Assembly: GCF_009914755.1 (NCBI RefSeq)
Contig: NC_060927.1
DNA: 64,000 nt
Reading direction: 5' to 3' (one strand)
Source: the human T2T-CHM13v2.0 reference genome, Homo sapiens
Every line of letters begins with the position of its first letter. The stretch's first letter is position 1. Both the position numbers and the translations under genes were made by a program. The notes beneath the pieces are model-generated. The model saw nothing but the letters and a program-made list of their open reading frames with translations. It made no database searches and was not told where the DNA came from. This document shows positions 26,765 through 40,180 of this stretch, piece by piece.

Positions 26765-26990
26765 CAGCAGCTCAGCACCGTCTCCAGAACCAGGCTGCTT
26801 GAGTTCAAGTCTTGCCTTTATCACTCACCAGTTTTGTAAGCATGAGAAAATTATTTAACTTTGCTCTGTCACAGTGCATTTATCTGTAAAATGGGATAGC
26901 ACCAGTACCTACCAAGAAGTTTGTTATCAGGATTAAAGGATTTGATACCCATAAGAAATTAGGATAGTGGCAGACACTGAGCCAATACTG
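26765..26990 (+). mobile_element. MIR SINE
   Basis: gagttcaagtcttgcc...ttatttaact...atctgtaaaatgggatagcaccagtacctacc. Confidence 0.8.
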
Positions 26991-27345
26991 AATTTACTGC
27001 TACTGCTGCCGTTATTACTACTACTATAGCAGGACTTATATTACTTATGTTCATCAATTACATATGTTATCAAACTCTAAATATATTATTCACTTTATTC
27101 ACTTTTATTTCATATGATTCTGCCTACTTAGTTAACCCAATTTAACCTTGGCCTATATATTGCATGGTAAACTTTTTTTAAAGTTGATTATTTCTTCATA
27201 AATAATAAATCACATTGATTGTAGAAAACTAAAAATTATAGAGATGTTAAAGGAAACCCTCCTAGAGAAAGCTCTCGTTAACAAGTTACTATATTTCTCT
27301 CAAGATTTATTATTACGCACATGCACATATGTAATGTATATTAAC

Positions 27346-27392
<47 letters not shown>

Positions 27393-27401
27393 ATCTATCT
27401 A
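27346..27401. repeat. (ATCT)11 ATC (ATCT)2 tetranucleotide STR
   Basis: Read directly. Confidence 0.97.
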
Positions 27402-29204
27402 AATATGAGGTGAAGGGATGAGACTATACATACTGGTATTTTTTCACTCGAAAATAAATTTGACTTCTCTTGTAAATAAGCATTGTCTGCTTTGTTTACC
27501 TTAGCCCAAGAACTATGCCCAACTACTTTGCAGTCAGTAAACATTCAAGAAGTGTATTTTGAATAAACAAATATACATTTTGGGTTGCCTTTTAATGATA
27601 GAGTAACATTCTGTTGTATGTATATACTACAGTGTATTCATAATCTATTGTTGGAACTTAGGCCGGTTTCAGTTTTCGTCATGATAAATGGTAAATATCC
27701 TTCTTTGAACACATTTGGATATTTTACCAAAAATTTAACTAGATTCAAGTCATAGATGTGAATTTGTGTGTTCAAAGTCATGTACTTTTCAAGGCAATAT
27801 GTATTTCACTTACTCTCCAGAAAGATTTTTATGGCCGATAATATTGTTTTTAAAAATTCTGTTATTTCATAGTAACTAAAAGTAGTTTCATTTTCTATCT
27901 ATCATTGTATTTGTATAGTGAATTAATTTTCTGTCTTTCATGTCAATTTCAGGATATGTTAATTTGCTCCAAGAGACTTCAACCATTTCTCTAGCTTTCC
28001 ATTATGTATATTTTATGTACATGATGCTTCCCTGATAATTACTTAGTGCATCTTTAATTTCTTTTAATATACTGAAATGTTTAACACATTGGTTTTTATT
28101 TTCTAATCTACAAGGAATAATTAAGATTCTTACTATTTATCTATAACATTTGATAAGGAAGACATGCATAATTTATTCTTCTGTGCTCCACTTATCTCTG
28201 TATTGAAATAGCTTTGAGCTATTCTGTATATCAAAGTATTTATATTAAGAATTACTTATTATAGAAGCATATTCATAATTATAAATTTTGTGCTTGTTGT
28301 GACTATTCAGATCTCATCTGAAACATTAAAATCAATACATAATGTAACATATTAGAAAATGAAACAGTGAAATCTTTCCCATTTCCTGATTGGCCTTTTT
28401 ACTTCACACAGCATTTTCAGTTTGAGTTTCTAGGTAGGTTTGCTATCATATTCTCAAATCACTGTTAGGTTTTGCAATCTTCTAGACAGAACCTAAAACA
28501 TGATCTCTATTTTTAACCTGAAAGTGAATTTCTACTTTAGATTGTTTAAAAGTTTCATGACATCCTTTGAGGTTACTCTAAGTACAGCTGAGATGATGTA
28601 TGAAGGTAGCTGGGAGTCACAGCTTCAGACCTATTTGTTGATGCTTGTGGAAGGTGAAATGTAAATTACAAATGCCCTTAAAATTCAGACGCATTGTATT
28701 TCCTGCTCTCTCTTTGTCTGACTGGACCATTAAGCTATTGGATGCAAATTTTGTTACATATAAATCTTTGAAAATCCACGTTAATCTTTGCAAATCCAGA
28801 AGGCGGAAAAATGGTTGCTGAATGTAATAGGTTACATTTGTTTCTGTACTTGCTCTGAGTTTACCGAATCTTATATTCTTAATATTTTAAATTCAAATAT
28901 AAAACCAAATATCAACTCCAGGAATAGGCCAATAAAATATACTTAAAAACACCTTTAAATAGAATAAGTAAAATTGTTCTCAAAGAAAATTCATGATTTT
29001 GGTTTATGGTATCATCAGATATTTCTCTTTATTTTATTTTCACTTTGACCTTTTTATTATTTTTGAGTTGTTATTATTCAACTTCTGAGTCCATTTGAAT
29101 TGGCAACAAAAGCCAAGTTTTCTGAAGCCACATTTTCCAATAAAAGATAGACACTGAATATATTAATAGACTAAATTTTGATAATTTGACAGTTGCAATC
29201 AGAC

Positions 29205-30150
29205 AAGTATTCAACAAAGACTTACCAAGCATTTATTATGTGGTAGGTATGGGGGGGTCCAGAAATTAAATGAATTTCTTCCTCTTAAGCAATTGCTTAT
29301 GAGGAGAGAAAGATAATTATGATAACATGTAATGACTCCTCTATTACAGGTATATTGTGATTGCAAACACAAAGAATGAGTATCTATTCAGCATCAAGTC
29401 TCAGACTGACTTGAACTTGCGATTGCAACACAAAGAATGAATGTCTATTAAGCATCAAGGCTCAGATTGACTTGAGCTAGGGGCTGAATGGGGATCACAC
29501 GAGTGAAGAATGAAAGGTGAAATAGGGACCACCCAGGTAAAGAATGCAGACCAAGGGCAGTGTGGGTAGAGAACAGAGCATGTGCAAAGGCACAGAGCCA
29601 TGAGAAAAAGAGGCATGTGTGGCATTGGAGGTATGTCGAGTGGTAAAGTTGCACAAAAAGATAAGATTCTGTTTCTGGAAGATCTTGTATGATGTTGCAT
29701 TTCTTGAAGCTAAAGGTGAGGCATGAAAGATGTTAAGCAGTGGAATAGTGTGATCCAATTTATGCATTTGGCTATCGCTCTGGCAGAATCAGAGCTTGTA
29801 AAGAATCAGTGAAGGGGAAAGAAGGACACTTTGTAATAATTCAGTCAAGAGCTGACAAGAGCTGGACTGGTACATTGGCAATAGAAATGGAACTTTGAGA
29901 GCAGGTTTGAGGGGTATTAAGGAGGTAGTAAAGTTAGGACTTAGTGAGGAATTTCTTACTTGGGCAACTGGATAAGTGATGAGCTGTATTGTGAAATGGG
30001 GAACACAGAAATCAAGCAGATTATAGCGATGACTAAATCCAGATTGAACACACTGAGCTTGAGACACCAGTCATACATTCAGTAGAGGTGTTTGTAGGAA
30101 GCTGGGAATATGGATTTGGCAGGGTAGAAGAATAGATTCTGGAGATAGTA
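29205..30150 (-). mobile_element. L2 LINE remnant
   Basis: attcaacaaagacttaccaagcattt, agcatgtgcaaaggcacagag, ctctggcag, tgggcaactggata. Confidence 0.75.
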
Positions 30151-31053
30151 AATGAAATAAAACTGAAAACAATAACCTAATATTGGAATGAGAGCCCTTT
30201 CCCATAAGTTAGACTAGGACAGGATGAAATCACATTACTTCAGTTCCAGTACTATGCTTTAGACAGAAAAGCTGTTGTTTAATTCCACATAGAAGGTAAT
30301 GAGGAGGTGCTCTCAGTGTGTCAAGGACGCCAATACAACTGACAGCACAAAAGATCCATGGTGCGCTTCCTGGATGATTAAAACATGTTCTTATTCTTTG
30401 CACTCTTTGTTTTGTGTTTTATCCAGAGAAGTAGAATGGCCCAAAATGTGACTTGAGTTTTTTTTTTTTCTTTACTGTTAAACAAGAGGCCCCATCTGTT
30501 AAAGCATAAATGTCAAGGCGAGGATGTCAAATATGTGTGGTGTGTATAAAGAGGAGCCACCATCTATAAATTATAATGCTCTGGGGCTTCTGTCAAAACA
30601 CCACACCTTCAGATTTAGCAGCAGGCAGTTTTCAATTTATTAGCATTTCATTTCAAGAGGAAGGATAAAACCTCCATGAGATATACTAATAATCAAACTG
30701 TGCATGCAGGTTGATGAAAATAACATAAAAAATAGGCAAGCAGCCAATCAATAATTTAAGAATAGGGAGGCATCTTAATAACTGAAGGTAGCTGACAAAT
30801 GAAAAAAGAAATGGCCATTCCAGCAGAACTAAATTGACAGGGTAGATAAGATCTCTCTGCTACATAAGACAGATCTGGCCAAATCTGGATTTGGGATAAA
30901 TATCTTCTTCATGTTTTTTCCTTTGTAATATTCTTTTTCAGTGTGAATAAAAACCCTGTAGCTTTCTTTAATCCAATGTTCTGTTTAGACAAGCTTTATT
31001 ATACCTTGTTAAGCAACTCCAGGGCAAAGGGAACATTCATTAGTGGTTAAAAA

Positions 31054-31057
<4 letters not shown>

Positions 31058-31086
<29 letters not shown>
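31058..31086. repeat. (TA)n microsatellite
   Basis: Read directly. Confidence 0.95.
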
Positions 31087-31088
<2 letters not shown>

Positions 31089-32081
31089 GAATATATACAT
31101 ATATAACTAAATATACATGTCAATCCTGAAAGAAAATACACAGTAAATTGAGAGCCAAGCAATTAAAAATTAAAATGACTACGATATGTGATATTTTATT
31201 TGCTTATATAGAAAATTATAGAAATAACCTCATACTTAAAATTCTGTTTTTCTAAGGTTCATAAATTATGGGTATTTATCTGTCCATTTCTGTTGTTTAA
31301 AATTAAGGCAAAAGTAAGTATCCTGGAATAGTGATAGTAGTTGTTTCCAGTAAGTCTTGAATGGCTCAAGAGATGAGAAATTTTATAGTACAGCCGAAAT
31401 TAGCAAAGAATTATAGGACTAAAAATACATAAAATTTAGAAATTAAAGAATATGTCAGTAAGCTGCTAAATTTATCTGTAGCACGTGCATTGGGCATCTG
31501 CAGCCATCTAGAAAATTGCTAGAGATGAAAAAGAAACTAAAAGAAAACCTCTTGAGGAGACTAAATGGAAAACTCCAGGCAATACGTTAAAGCTCACGTG
31601 CTGTTTACAGTTAAAAGTGCTATTCTGACTTATACATGATTGTGTACTTTTTTCCCACCCAGAAGAAAAATTAGAAGTGGTAAATATGAAGTAAAGTGTC
31701 TATTGGAAAGGAATTACATTTTAGTAGAGAAATAGAGCAGAGGATGGTTGGGGTGGTGGGGGCCACGGAGAGGAATAACTCACATAAATCTAGTCAATAA
31801 GAATTCTTAAAATTAAAAGGGGGTAAGGCCAAAGTTTCACCCATTGAGTACCAGATGTGGGACCTGAAACACAGTTTTTTTTTGTTTTTTGTTTTTTGTT
31901 TTTTTTTTTATGAGACCTAGATTTTATCCCTTGCTTGATCACTTACTGGCAATGTGACTTTATGGGCAATGTGACTTTATGGGCAAAAAACAGGGACCTC
32001 TACAGGGCTGAGTTCAACAGAGAGTCAGAAGTGGCAGGCCAATTATGGAGATGTCCTATTTATAAAATCATAATACTAGTG

Positions 32082-32839
32082 CTACATTTCATTGATTCCA
32101 AGGAGCATATATGTCTGCATTTTAATAGTTAATAGAGATGTGTCTTATTATTTAACATTTAACATGATAATTTAATATTAACATTTAATAGATATACATC
32201 TTACCATTGATGGCATCTTGCCATTGCAGAGAGCTGGGCAGCTTTTGTGATGGTTGTGACTGCCTGCCTAAGCACAGACTTGGTTCCTGCTGTCATGACT
32301 GGACAGCTACAGCCCATCAATGATGCAGTCGACCAATCAAATAAGGAAGAAATATGTGTCTTGGTTGTTGTCTTAAAGCCTTTTATTGGCATCTTCTTGC
32401 AAGATCAAAAAAGCACCAGCATCAAAACTTGCAAAATAGCTGTTACTGGCTTGAAAGAAAATTTCTGAGACAGAAGGGGGCACTCTTCTGTGAAATGTAC
32501 CACCCATCATCCTAATGGCACAGAGATTGCATTGGGTAGAAAAACAGGGACCTCTACAGGGCTGAGTTCAAAAGGGAGTCAGAAGTGGCAGGCCAATTAT
32601 GAAGATAATTGAAAAAGTTCTTTAGCCAATTTACCTCACTTCTGTTACATATTTTAAGTTGCACAGGAGTGATATATAGGATACAAATTTATCCTTAAAT
32701 AAGTCTAAAAGAACCTTTAGAGTAAAAATTGTTGGCAATAAATCTTTGTGTTTAATTGGCAACTTTTATTTCTTTCTTAGTGCTACATTAAGTAGTGGTG
32801 TCTTACAATCAGTGGCATCTTATATTTAATGAAATATGG
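32082..32839 (+). mobile_element. TcMar-Tc2 (Kanga/MER104-related) non-autonomous DNA transposon
   Basis: TIR-like ends tacatttcattgattccaagg and gtcttacaatcagtggcatcttatatttaatgaaatatgg(ta); internal frame DLVPAVMTGQLQPINDAVDQSNK resembles the pogo/Tc2 motif GxTxxLQPLDxxVNxxFK. Confidence 0.75.
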
Positions 32840-33952
32840 TATTTGAGAGAGTTGAAGAGGTTACAAGAAAAATGAAAGTGATTTGCAAGACTGGAAAACA
32901 ATGACAGTATTTTGGGCAATTACAGTGAAAAGAGATGGTTGAAAGCTGGCTGAGGGAAGACATAAAAAATGGACTCTAAATCAAGGTACTTCTGTACAGA
33001 AATACTCAAAGATTACAATTCTATTCTTGCCTTTGTTTACATTTTCTGGAGCCTTGCCAATTGCTACTAACATAGAAAAAAAGAAATAAAAATGTCAGCA
33101 TTGGTATATGCATCTGCGGAGTCAATCGTGGAAAGCAGGTCACTTTAGTATGTTTACTTGCAGGACTTCTATATGAAAAAGAATGCAGATCACTGTATTT
33201 TACTTTAAGCATTTATAATATACCTTTGAATATTAATATTAACTTACTTTATAAATGCAACTGGGTTCAACCTAAAAATATAAATACCAGTTACATTTTG
33301 TTCAAAGTAAATACTACCGATACTACAAATTTAATAAATGATAATGTAGTATTTACATTTTGGAAATAGTATATACAAAGACCTTTAATTTTGCGTATAA
33401 AATTCTTGAAGTCTGGGATACATTTATAATTGTTATTATAAAACAGTACATATAAATATATACTATTTTGCAATCTACTTTTTAAACATAGTATATTATA
33501 TAAGTATGTATAGCAGATTCTGTCTCTTTTTGTGACTGCTTTGTATTCTATTGCTTAGATATGCCACAATTTATTTAACTAATACTTTAATAATTGTTCT
33601 AAAGATAATTAACTGCTTGCTCTCATAAACAATGTTCCAATAAACAATTCTTGCAGCTTCATTTTTGTACACATTTGTTTAGGTTTTCCTTAGGGTAAAT
33701 TTATGCATATGAGAAATTGATACATTAAAAGATATGTAGGCTTATTTTGTATTTGGGAGTACAGAATTGTTTTTTCTCCAAAAAAGCCATATAAGATTGT
33801 GTTTGCCTAGTAGTATTTTGTACAAGTGGAAATAATTTTACAGCATAGGTTAAAAACCTTATAAACTATAGTAGATTTACTATTGAAACCTTGTGGATTT
33901 AAACATGGAGTTGAAATTGCACCCTTCAGTTAGACAAGCAGGAGATGGTTAG

Positions 33953-34149
33953 ATGTTTCTCATTGGGATGCTACTGGCATTTTGGGCAGGACACTTACAA
34001 GTTGTATGACTAGTTTGTGTCCTTCAGGAATTTATAATCTTGGCTCTGACTATTAAGCGCTCTGCAGTGTCATTGTGACAAAGGAAAACACTTTCATTTA
34101 TTTTCAAATGCCTCCTGTGACCAGGGAACCCAGTGGCATGAGAATATTG
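33953..34149 (+). mobile_element. hAT-Charlie MITE (MER117-like)
   Basis: tttctcattggg...ggcattttgggcaggaca...gtcattgtgacaa...caaatgcctcc...tgagaatattg. Confidence 0.55.
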
Positions 34150-34849
34150 TTCCAGGACTAGACAGGTTGGGGAAGGCTTTATTAAATTTAATAGGATCTG
34201 TCTCTCTCTTGCTATGCTTACCGAACAGATTCACTCTGGATATCTCATCCTGGGATATTCAATGCTTAACTACAAAACTTTTTGTAATCATCTAGGAATG
34301 CAGCCTTCTAGTTACAAAGTGTGGGAATCTCAAAGCTTGTAAAATATTGTAGTACTTTTTAAATCATTAGAATAAAAATATGTTGTAGGAATTTTTTTAC
34401 CCTAGTTAAATAATTGCTTACCTTTCCTCCACCACAATATAAATTGTAGAGGCTATGGCTGAATGTGTTTGATATTTAGAATACCCAAGATCATCGCCAG
34501 GTCTAATTTTCACCTTGAAGCCCTGCTTAAAATACATACTGCTTCTGGCAAATTGAAATGCAAACATGACTAACAGCCTCCTTCTATCATATGAAAATTC
34601 TTTGTCCACATCCTTATCAAATCTGGTTGATAATAATGAATTTGGGTTAAAATTACAGCTCTGAGATCAAACTGTCTCAGACGTTCAATTTTTCTGTGTT
34701 TCACTCTCCATATCTGAAAGGTGCAAGAATAATTCCATAACTACTTCAAAGAATTACTTTTGAGACTGAGACTCATCTCTGACCTATAGAAAGCACTCAA
34801 TGAATGTTTGTTATCACCATTAACTGTTACTGTTATTGGTGATGACTTT

Positions 34850-35420
34850 GTAGTGTGTAGCTTAGCTAGAAATAATGCTTCCCAGAATCCCCTTTCCTGC
34901 ATGGCATGGGTTAGGGCTGACCACAAGAGAAATCTGTGTGCCCTTTGGAAGAGGAAAGTGAGGCAGCAGTCCTGTTTTGTTAGACGCTGTTGCAGCTCAC
35001 ATTTGCTGCCTGGGCTCTGCTGGCACCCCAATGGAGCAGGGCAGCATCAGCTTGGTCCGTAGACCCTCCAGCTCCTGTTTCTCTGACTACTGATAGATGT
35101 GTGTTAAGTTCTATGAGGAAGTATACCATTATTCCTCCCGGACAACCCATCATCAAAACTGGAGGTTTGGAAACAGTGAGAGATCAATGGGGTTTCTGGT
35201 TTTCTGGAGAGAGCTGTAGGTTCCCGCTCATCCTCATGAATTGTAGCATTTTCTTGTTTTCACATTCATCTTCCCTTTTGATTGCCAGCCCTGTTGACTA
35301 CAGGCAGACTCGGCAACAGGCTTGGGGTAACTCACTTAGGCTGTTTAACCAGCTCACACAATCACATCAAGTCCAATCCCTGTATAGAGGCTCTGCTTCA
35401 CCAGTCAAACCCAATACCTT
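34850..35420 (+). mobile_element. Old ERVL-class solo LTR (LTR41/LTR50/LTR52-like)
   Basis: ttcccagaatcccctttcctg...gggttagggctgaccacaagag...aagtgaggcagcag; ends caatccctgtat...ctctgcttc. Confidence 0.55.
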
Positions 35421-35736
35421 GTTCTTGTTATTTTGCTGTTGTGATGGGTGAACATCCTAGACCCAAGACTCCTTTTGTTTTCATTTGTAATACTTTATTA
35501 TTAGAAGCTCTGAATATCTTTTGGAGTGTTCATTGACCATTTGCATATAATCTATGTTTTGCCTATTTGTATTTTCCCAATTTTCCATTTATATTGTTAT
35601 ATAGGAGTACATTATAAGTTAAGGATATAAGAACTTTTGTAATATGTATTATATACGTTGTTTTTCTTTTTTTTTTTAACACTTAAGAAGTTTTGTTGAA
35701 AACGATAAAAACAGAAGCACCAGATTCTAATTTTAA

Positions 35737-36092
<356 letters not shown>

Positions 36093-36439
36093 AAGTTTTA
36101 GATTTAAAAAAATAAATAAATCTGGTTAGTTATGCTACTTTATAAATTCTAGTCTTGACTCTGTGCCTTCCTCAGCCAGATAACAGATAAATATTTATTA
36201 TCTTTTAATTTGAAGAAAATGTATCACCAGGTCCTTGATATGTTATGGTAGGAACTGTTATTATTCAGATAAAATGACTAATTATTTTGGTTACTGTTGG
36301 ATGGATTTCCCTTATGAATATGCACAGTTCTGTAAATGACAGATGAAAACTACACAAATATTGCCAGTTTTACAGAATTAGAACAGCAGCTTTAGTAATC
36401 AGCAAAACAAAAGAAACAAAAACTGAAAAACAAATGTAT

Positions 36440-36637
36440 TCTTTGTATTTTAATATTGTTTCCAAAGAATATTAAAGACAATATAGAGTATTAAGGACAA
36501 TATTAAAGACAAGAATATTAAAGAATATTAAAGACAATATAATCTAAACTTCCAAGAAAGAAATTAAAGAATATTAAAGACAATATTAAAAATGAAAGAA
36601 TATTAGACAATGTAATCTAAATTCTCAAAAAAGAAAA
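36440..36637. repeat. AT-rich mosaic repeat built from aatattaaaga(c)
   Basis: Multiple copies plus a higher-order duplication ending aatctaaa...aagaaa. Confidence 0.8.
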
Positions 36638-36655
36638 TTTCTATCTTCTTTTCTT

Positions 36656-37205
36656 GCATAGGAGAGAAAAAATAATATCTTTTGCTTATCTATCTCAAGA
36701 TTCATAGCTGAGACACCTATAATAAAAAAACAGATTAAGAAAACAAATACATATGAATTTATTTGATGTAAGTTTTATGTGACATGGAAACCTTCAGAAA
36801 TAAACACCCTAAGAAACAGAATACAGAGAAGCCTGTGTATTTTATACTAAGTTTAGTGAAGAAGCGGATAGTTGTGAAATACAATTGGACAAAGCAGGTA
36901 TGATCTAATTGTACTAAGTTGGGCCAGGGCCAGGGCCAGGAGGACTTAGCAAGGCCTCATTGTTTAGATTTTTCTCTGCATCCCTGTGTCTTCAGAGATA
37001 AGGACATTTCTTTCAGCTGGGTATTGGGAGGGTACCTCTTGAATAAGGGTCTCAGGACCTACTTTAGAAGAAGATCAGATAATTCTTTTATGGCCTGCTT
37101 CAGGGGAGAAAGGTAGGAGAAGGTCAGAGAAACTCTCCTGCTTTTGCTGTTTTCTCAAATGCCAAAGTGCCATATACTGGGGGTAGTGTGCCTTAAACCC
37201 CATCA
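36656..37205 (-). mobile_element. MER34-family ERV1 solo LTR
   Basis: ctgcttttgctgttttctcaaatgccaaagtgccatatactggggg...ccccatca is the reverse of the MER34 start. Confidence 0.75.
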
Positions 37206-37389
37206 CTTGATAGCTCATTCTAGCTTCAGTTATTAGAAATTCTTCTGTGATTTCTATCTTGTTGGTTCTAGTTTTGTTATCTGGAGCCCTACAAAAGATG
37301 TCTAATATTTTATATTCCACTCTATAGCTTTTAACTTTTTGAAGACAGCTTTTGTAGTCTTAAGTTATATGTTTTCCAGTTCTTCAGTC

Positions 37390-37525
37390 ATATTCATTTG
37401 TTAATTTATTAAACAGATATTTACTGAGCATGTATTATATGTGAAGGGATATTCTAGACATTGGTTATATTACGGTGAAAAATACAGACCCCGCTGTAAT
37501 GGCGCCTATGCTCAAGCAGTTAAGA
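37390..37525 (-). mobile_element. L2 3' end
   Basis: aacagatatttactgagcatgtattatatgtg...ttctagacattgg. Confidence 0.65.
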
Positions 37526-37594
37526 GCTCCTCATATTACATAATTTTTATACTCTTTAACACCTTATTGAGACTTCTATATTTATCCATTTCTT

Positions 37595-37903
37595 GTTTTT
37601 TGTTTTGTTTTGTTTTGTTTTTTGTTTAAGAGGGAGGGTCTTACTCTGTTGCTCAGGCTGGTGCGCAATGGCATCATCATAGTTCACTACAGCCTTGAAC
37701 GCTTGGGCTCAAGTGATCTTCTGACCTCAGCCTGTAGATGGGACTATAGGCACAGCCACCACGCCCACCTAACTTTTTAGTTTTGTAGAAATGGGGTCTC
37801 TTTGTGTTGATCAGGCTGGTCTAGAACTTCCCACCTCAAGTAAAACTCTTACCTCGGCCTCCCAAAGTGCTGGGATTACAGACATGAGCCACCACACCTG
37901 GCC
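37595..37903 (-). mobile_element. AluJ with (TTTTG)n tail
   Basis: catagttcactacagccttgaac...gggctcaagtgatc; TSD c[c/a]atttctt. Confidence 0.95.
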
Positions 37904-38309
37904 CAATTTCTTCTTTAAATGCTTTGCCTATAATAAACACAACATGATAGACATATGATCTAACTAGTGTAGCTATGGTGATGAACCATGTATTGTTTAC
38001 CTGGAAATACTTTTCCGCTGAATGCAATTGCACTCCAACAAGAAAATCAATTTCAAATATAGAAGCAAGATGGGGTTAAATTTTACACAACAACACGAAG
38101 AAATGTTGTCTGATTACACTTCACAGAGTATCAGAATTTTACCTAGGAAAAGAATTTGAGACCAGAAGTCATTAACACTATAGAGGTGGTTAGACTGCAG
38201 AACTTTTTAGTAAACCATCCTGTAACAGAACTAGATTCTAAATCTTTTAGTATATACATAGAGGGTAGGGCTCTTACTGGAAGGGATCTGTCAACTAGAT
38301 GTCTTTTTA

Positions 38310-38528
38310 TTTTGCTTTAACTCTTATTTTAAGTTCCAGGGTACATGTGCAGGATGTGCAAGTTTTTTACACAGGTAAATGTGTGCCATGTTAGTTTGCT
38401 TCACAAATCAACCCATCGCCTTGATATTAAGACTGGCATCCATTAGCTATTCTTCCTGATGCTCTCCCTCCTGCCCCGCAATAGGCCCCAGTGTGTGTTG
38501 TTCCCTTCCATGTGTCCATGTGTTCTCA
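38310..38528 (-). mobile_element. Short 5'-truncated L1PA (about L1PA11-13) 3' end with TSD
   Basis: gggtacatgtgcaggatgtgcaag...ccatgtgttctca; TSD gatgtcttttta at 38298-38309 and 38534-38545. Confidence 0.92.
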
Positions 38529-39585
38529 AATTTGATGTCTTTTTACTTTATAATTGACATGCTTCTTGTCTATGTTCTGCCCCATTTATATATATCATAT
38601 AGTTTGAGGTTGTAGCCTTTGCATTACAATGACTCACACAAGTAGAATATGAGCCCATGCTTTCACCTATTAAAAACTAAAGTGATAATGGCTAAGAAAT
38701 TATTAAAGGGATCTATGTCTTCAATAATGAGTATAAATGCTTATTGATGGAAAAATAGTGAGGCAGCTATCGAAGGAATACAATTTCCCATTCCATATTC
38801 CTACTAGGGCAGCAATTACAGGTTAGATTGTACAGTTTTTCTCACTTTTTCCTTCTCTACTTATGGTATTGAAAGTCGTTAGTTTAGAATGAGTTAAAAT
38901 GAGAGAGAGGGTCATTGGATAAGAATTTGGATGCCTGCTACCTGTCTCTGAAGAGGAAAATAGAGAGCAGTTAACCGTAATTTGCAGTTCACTGACTTTG
39001 GCAGTAGCCTTTTGTGCTAAGAAACTTTCCTGGGAAACAAATGAAAACTCTAACACTTTCATACAGATTCCTGAAATGCTGGCAGAATCTGCTCATATTT
39101 CTATAGAAATGCCATATAAGTAGAGGAGACATTGCTTGGTATTCCATCAAGAAGCTGTTTTTCATTTCTTGAATAACTTCTTTAAGTTTCTCATGAAGCA
39201 AGCACAAAAATTTTCCCCTATAAAACTGAATAGGCAGAGGGTTTGTTCAACTATGCAGTTATACAAATGCCCATGCCACACTATTTTGACACATGGATGT
39301 CAAAATAGGTTAAGTTATCCTGAAACCATTCAAGTTTGCATGGCAGGAAATAAAATTTTACATTCTTTTAGTAATAGGTTCAAAGTAAAATATATCATTT
39401 AAAAATATTTTAAAACCTATTCAAAAATATGGCATTAAGATGATCATTTTAATGTTTATTTCCCTTTCTTTATTAATGTAGTATAGTATCCAATTATTAA
39501 TATCTTTTATATTTGAATTTAAATGTTAGTTAAATTTTACTATTTAAAGATATTTTCGTTTTATAAAGATATTTATAAAGATATT

Positions 39586-40180
39586 TTCATTCATTCATTT
39601 TTTCATTCACCATTTAACAATTATTTACTGGCACTTAATATTCCCAACCAATGTTAGGCACCATTGATGCAATGCAAAGTTCCAATTATGGAGAAATTGG
39701 ATAGGACAAAAATATGCAAGACTGTGGAATGCATTGGTAACAGATGAAATGGTTACTATCTGGGCCTGGAGAGCTAAGCAGAGATCACGAAGGTAACAAA
39801 GAGTTAGCACTTCACCCCTAGGATAGTGAGAAACCCTTAAAGGGCTTAAGCAGGGGATTAACCTGAGAAAGATCACTTTTGGGTGCTATGCAGAAAATGG
39901 ATTGCAAAGAAACCAGAAGTACAGCGACTAGTTAGGAAGCTGTTGTAATAATTTAAGCAATGATGATAGTGTCCACAGTAGGAAGAGGCAGCTTATAGAC
40001 AGGTCTTCTCATCAGAGAATATGTGTAAGGTCAAGAGGGAATAGACATTGAAATTGTTAGAAAAATAATCTTTAAGATGAGTTGAGGAGAAATAACCCAC
40101 AAAGAATACTAGAAAGGGTGGCCAGAGAAATGGGCGTAAAACCAGAAGATTGTTTTGGGGGTGTCTAAAACAAAATGTCA
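39586..40180 (-). mobile_element. L2 LINE remnant
   Basis: ttcattcattcatt...aattatttactggcactt, aaagatcacttttgggtgctatg, gttaggaagctgttgtaata. Confidence 0.7.

Noticed and set aside
30870-30894. Short palindromes (ccaaatctggatttgg)
   Set aside because: A 7-bp stem is expected by chance in 64 kb.
34990-35451. 153-aa ORF
   Set aside because: Lies within an old ERVL-type LTR; no recognisable domain.
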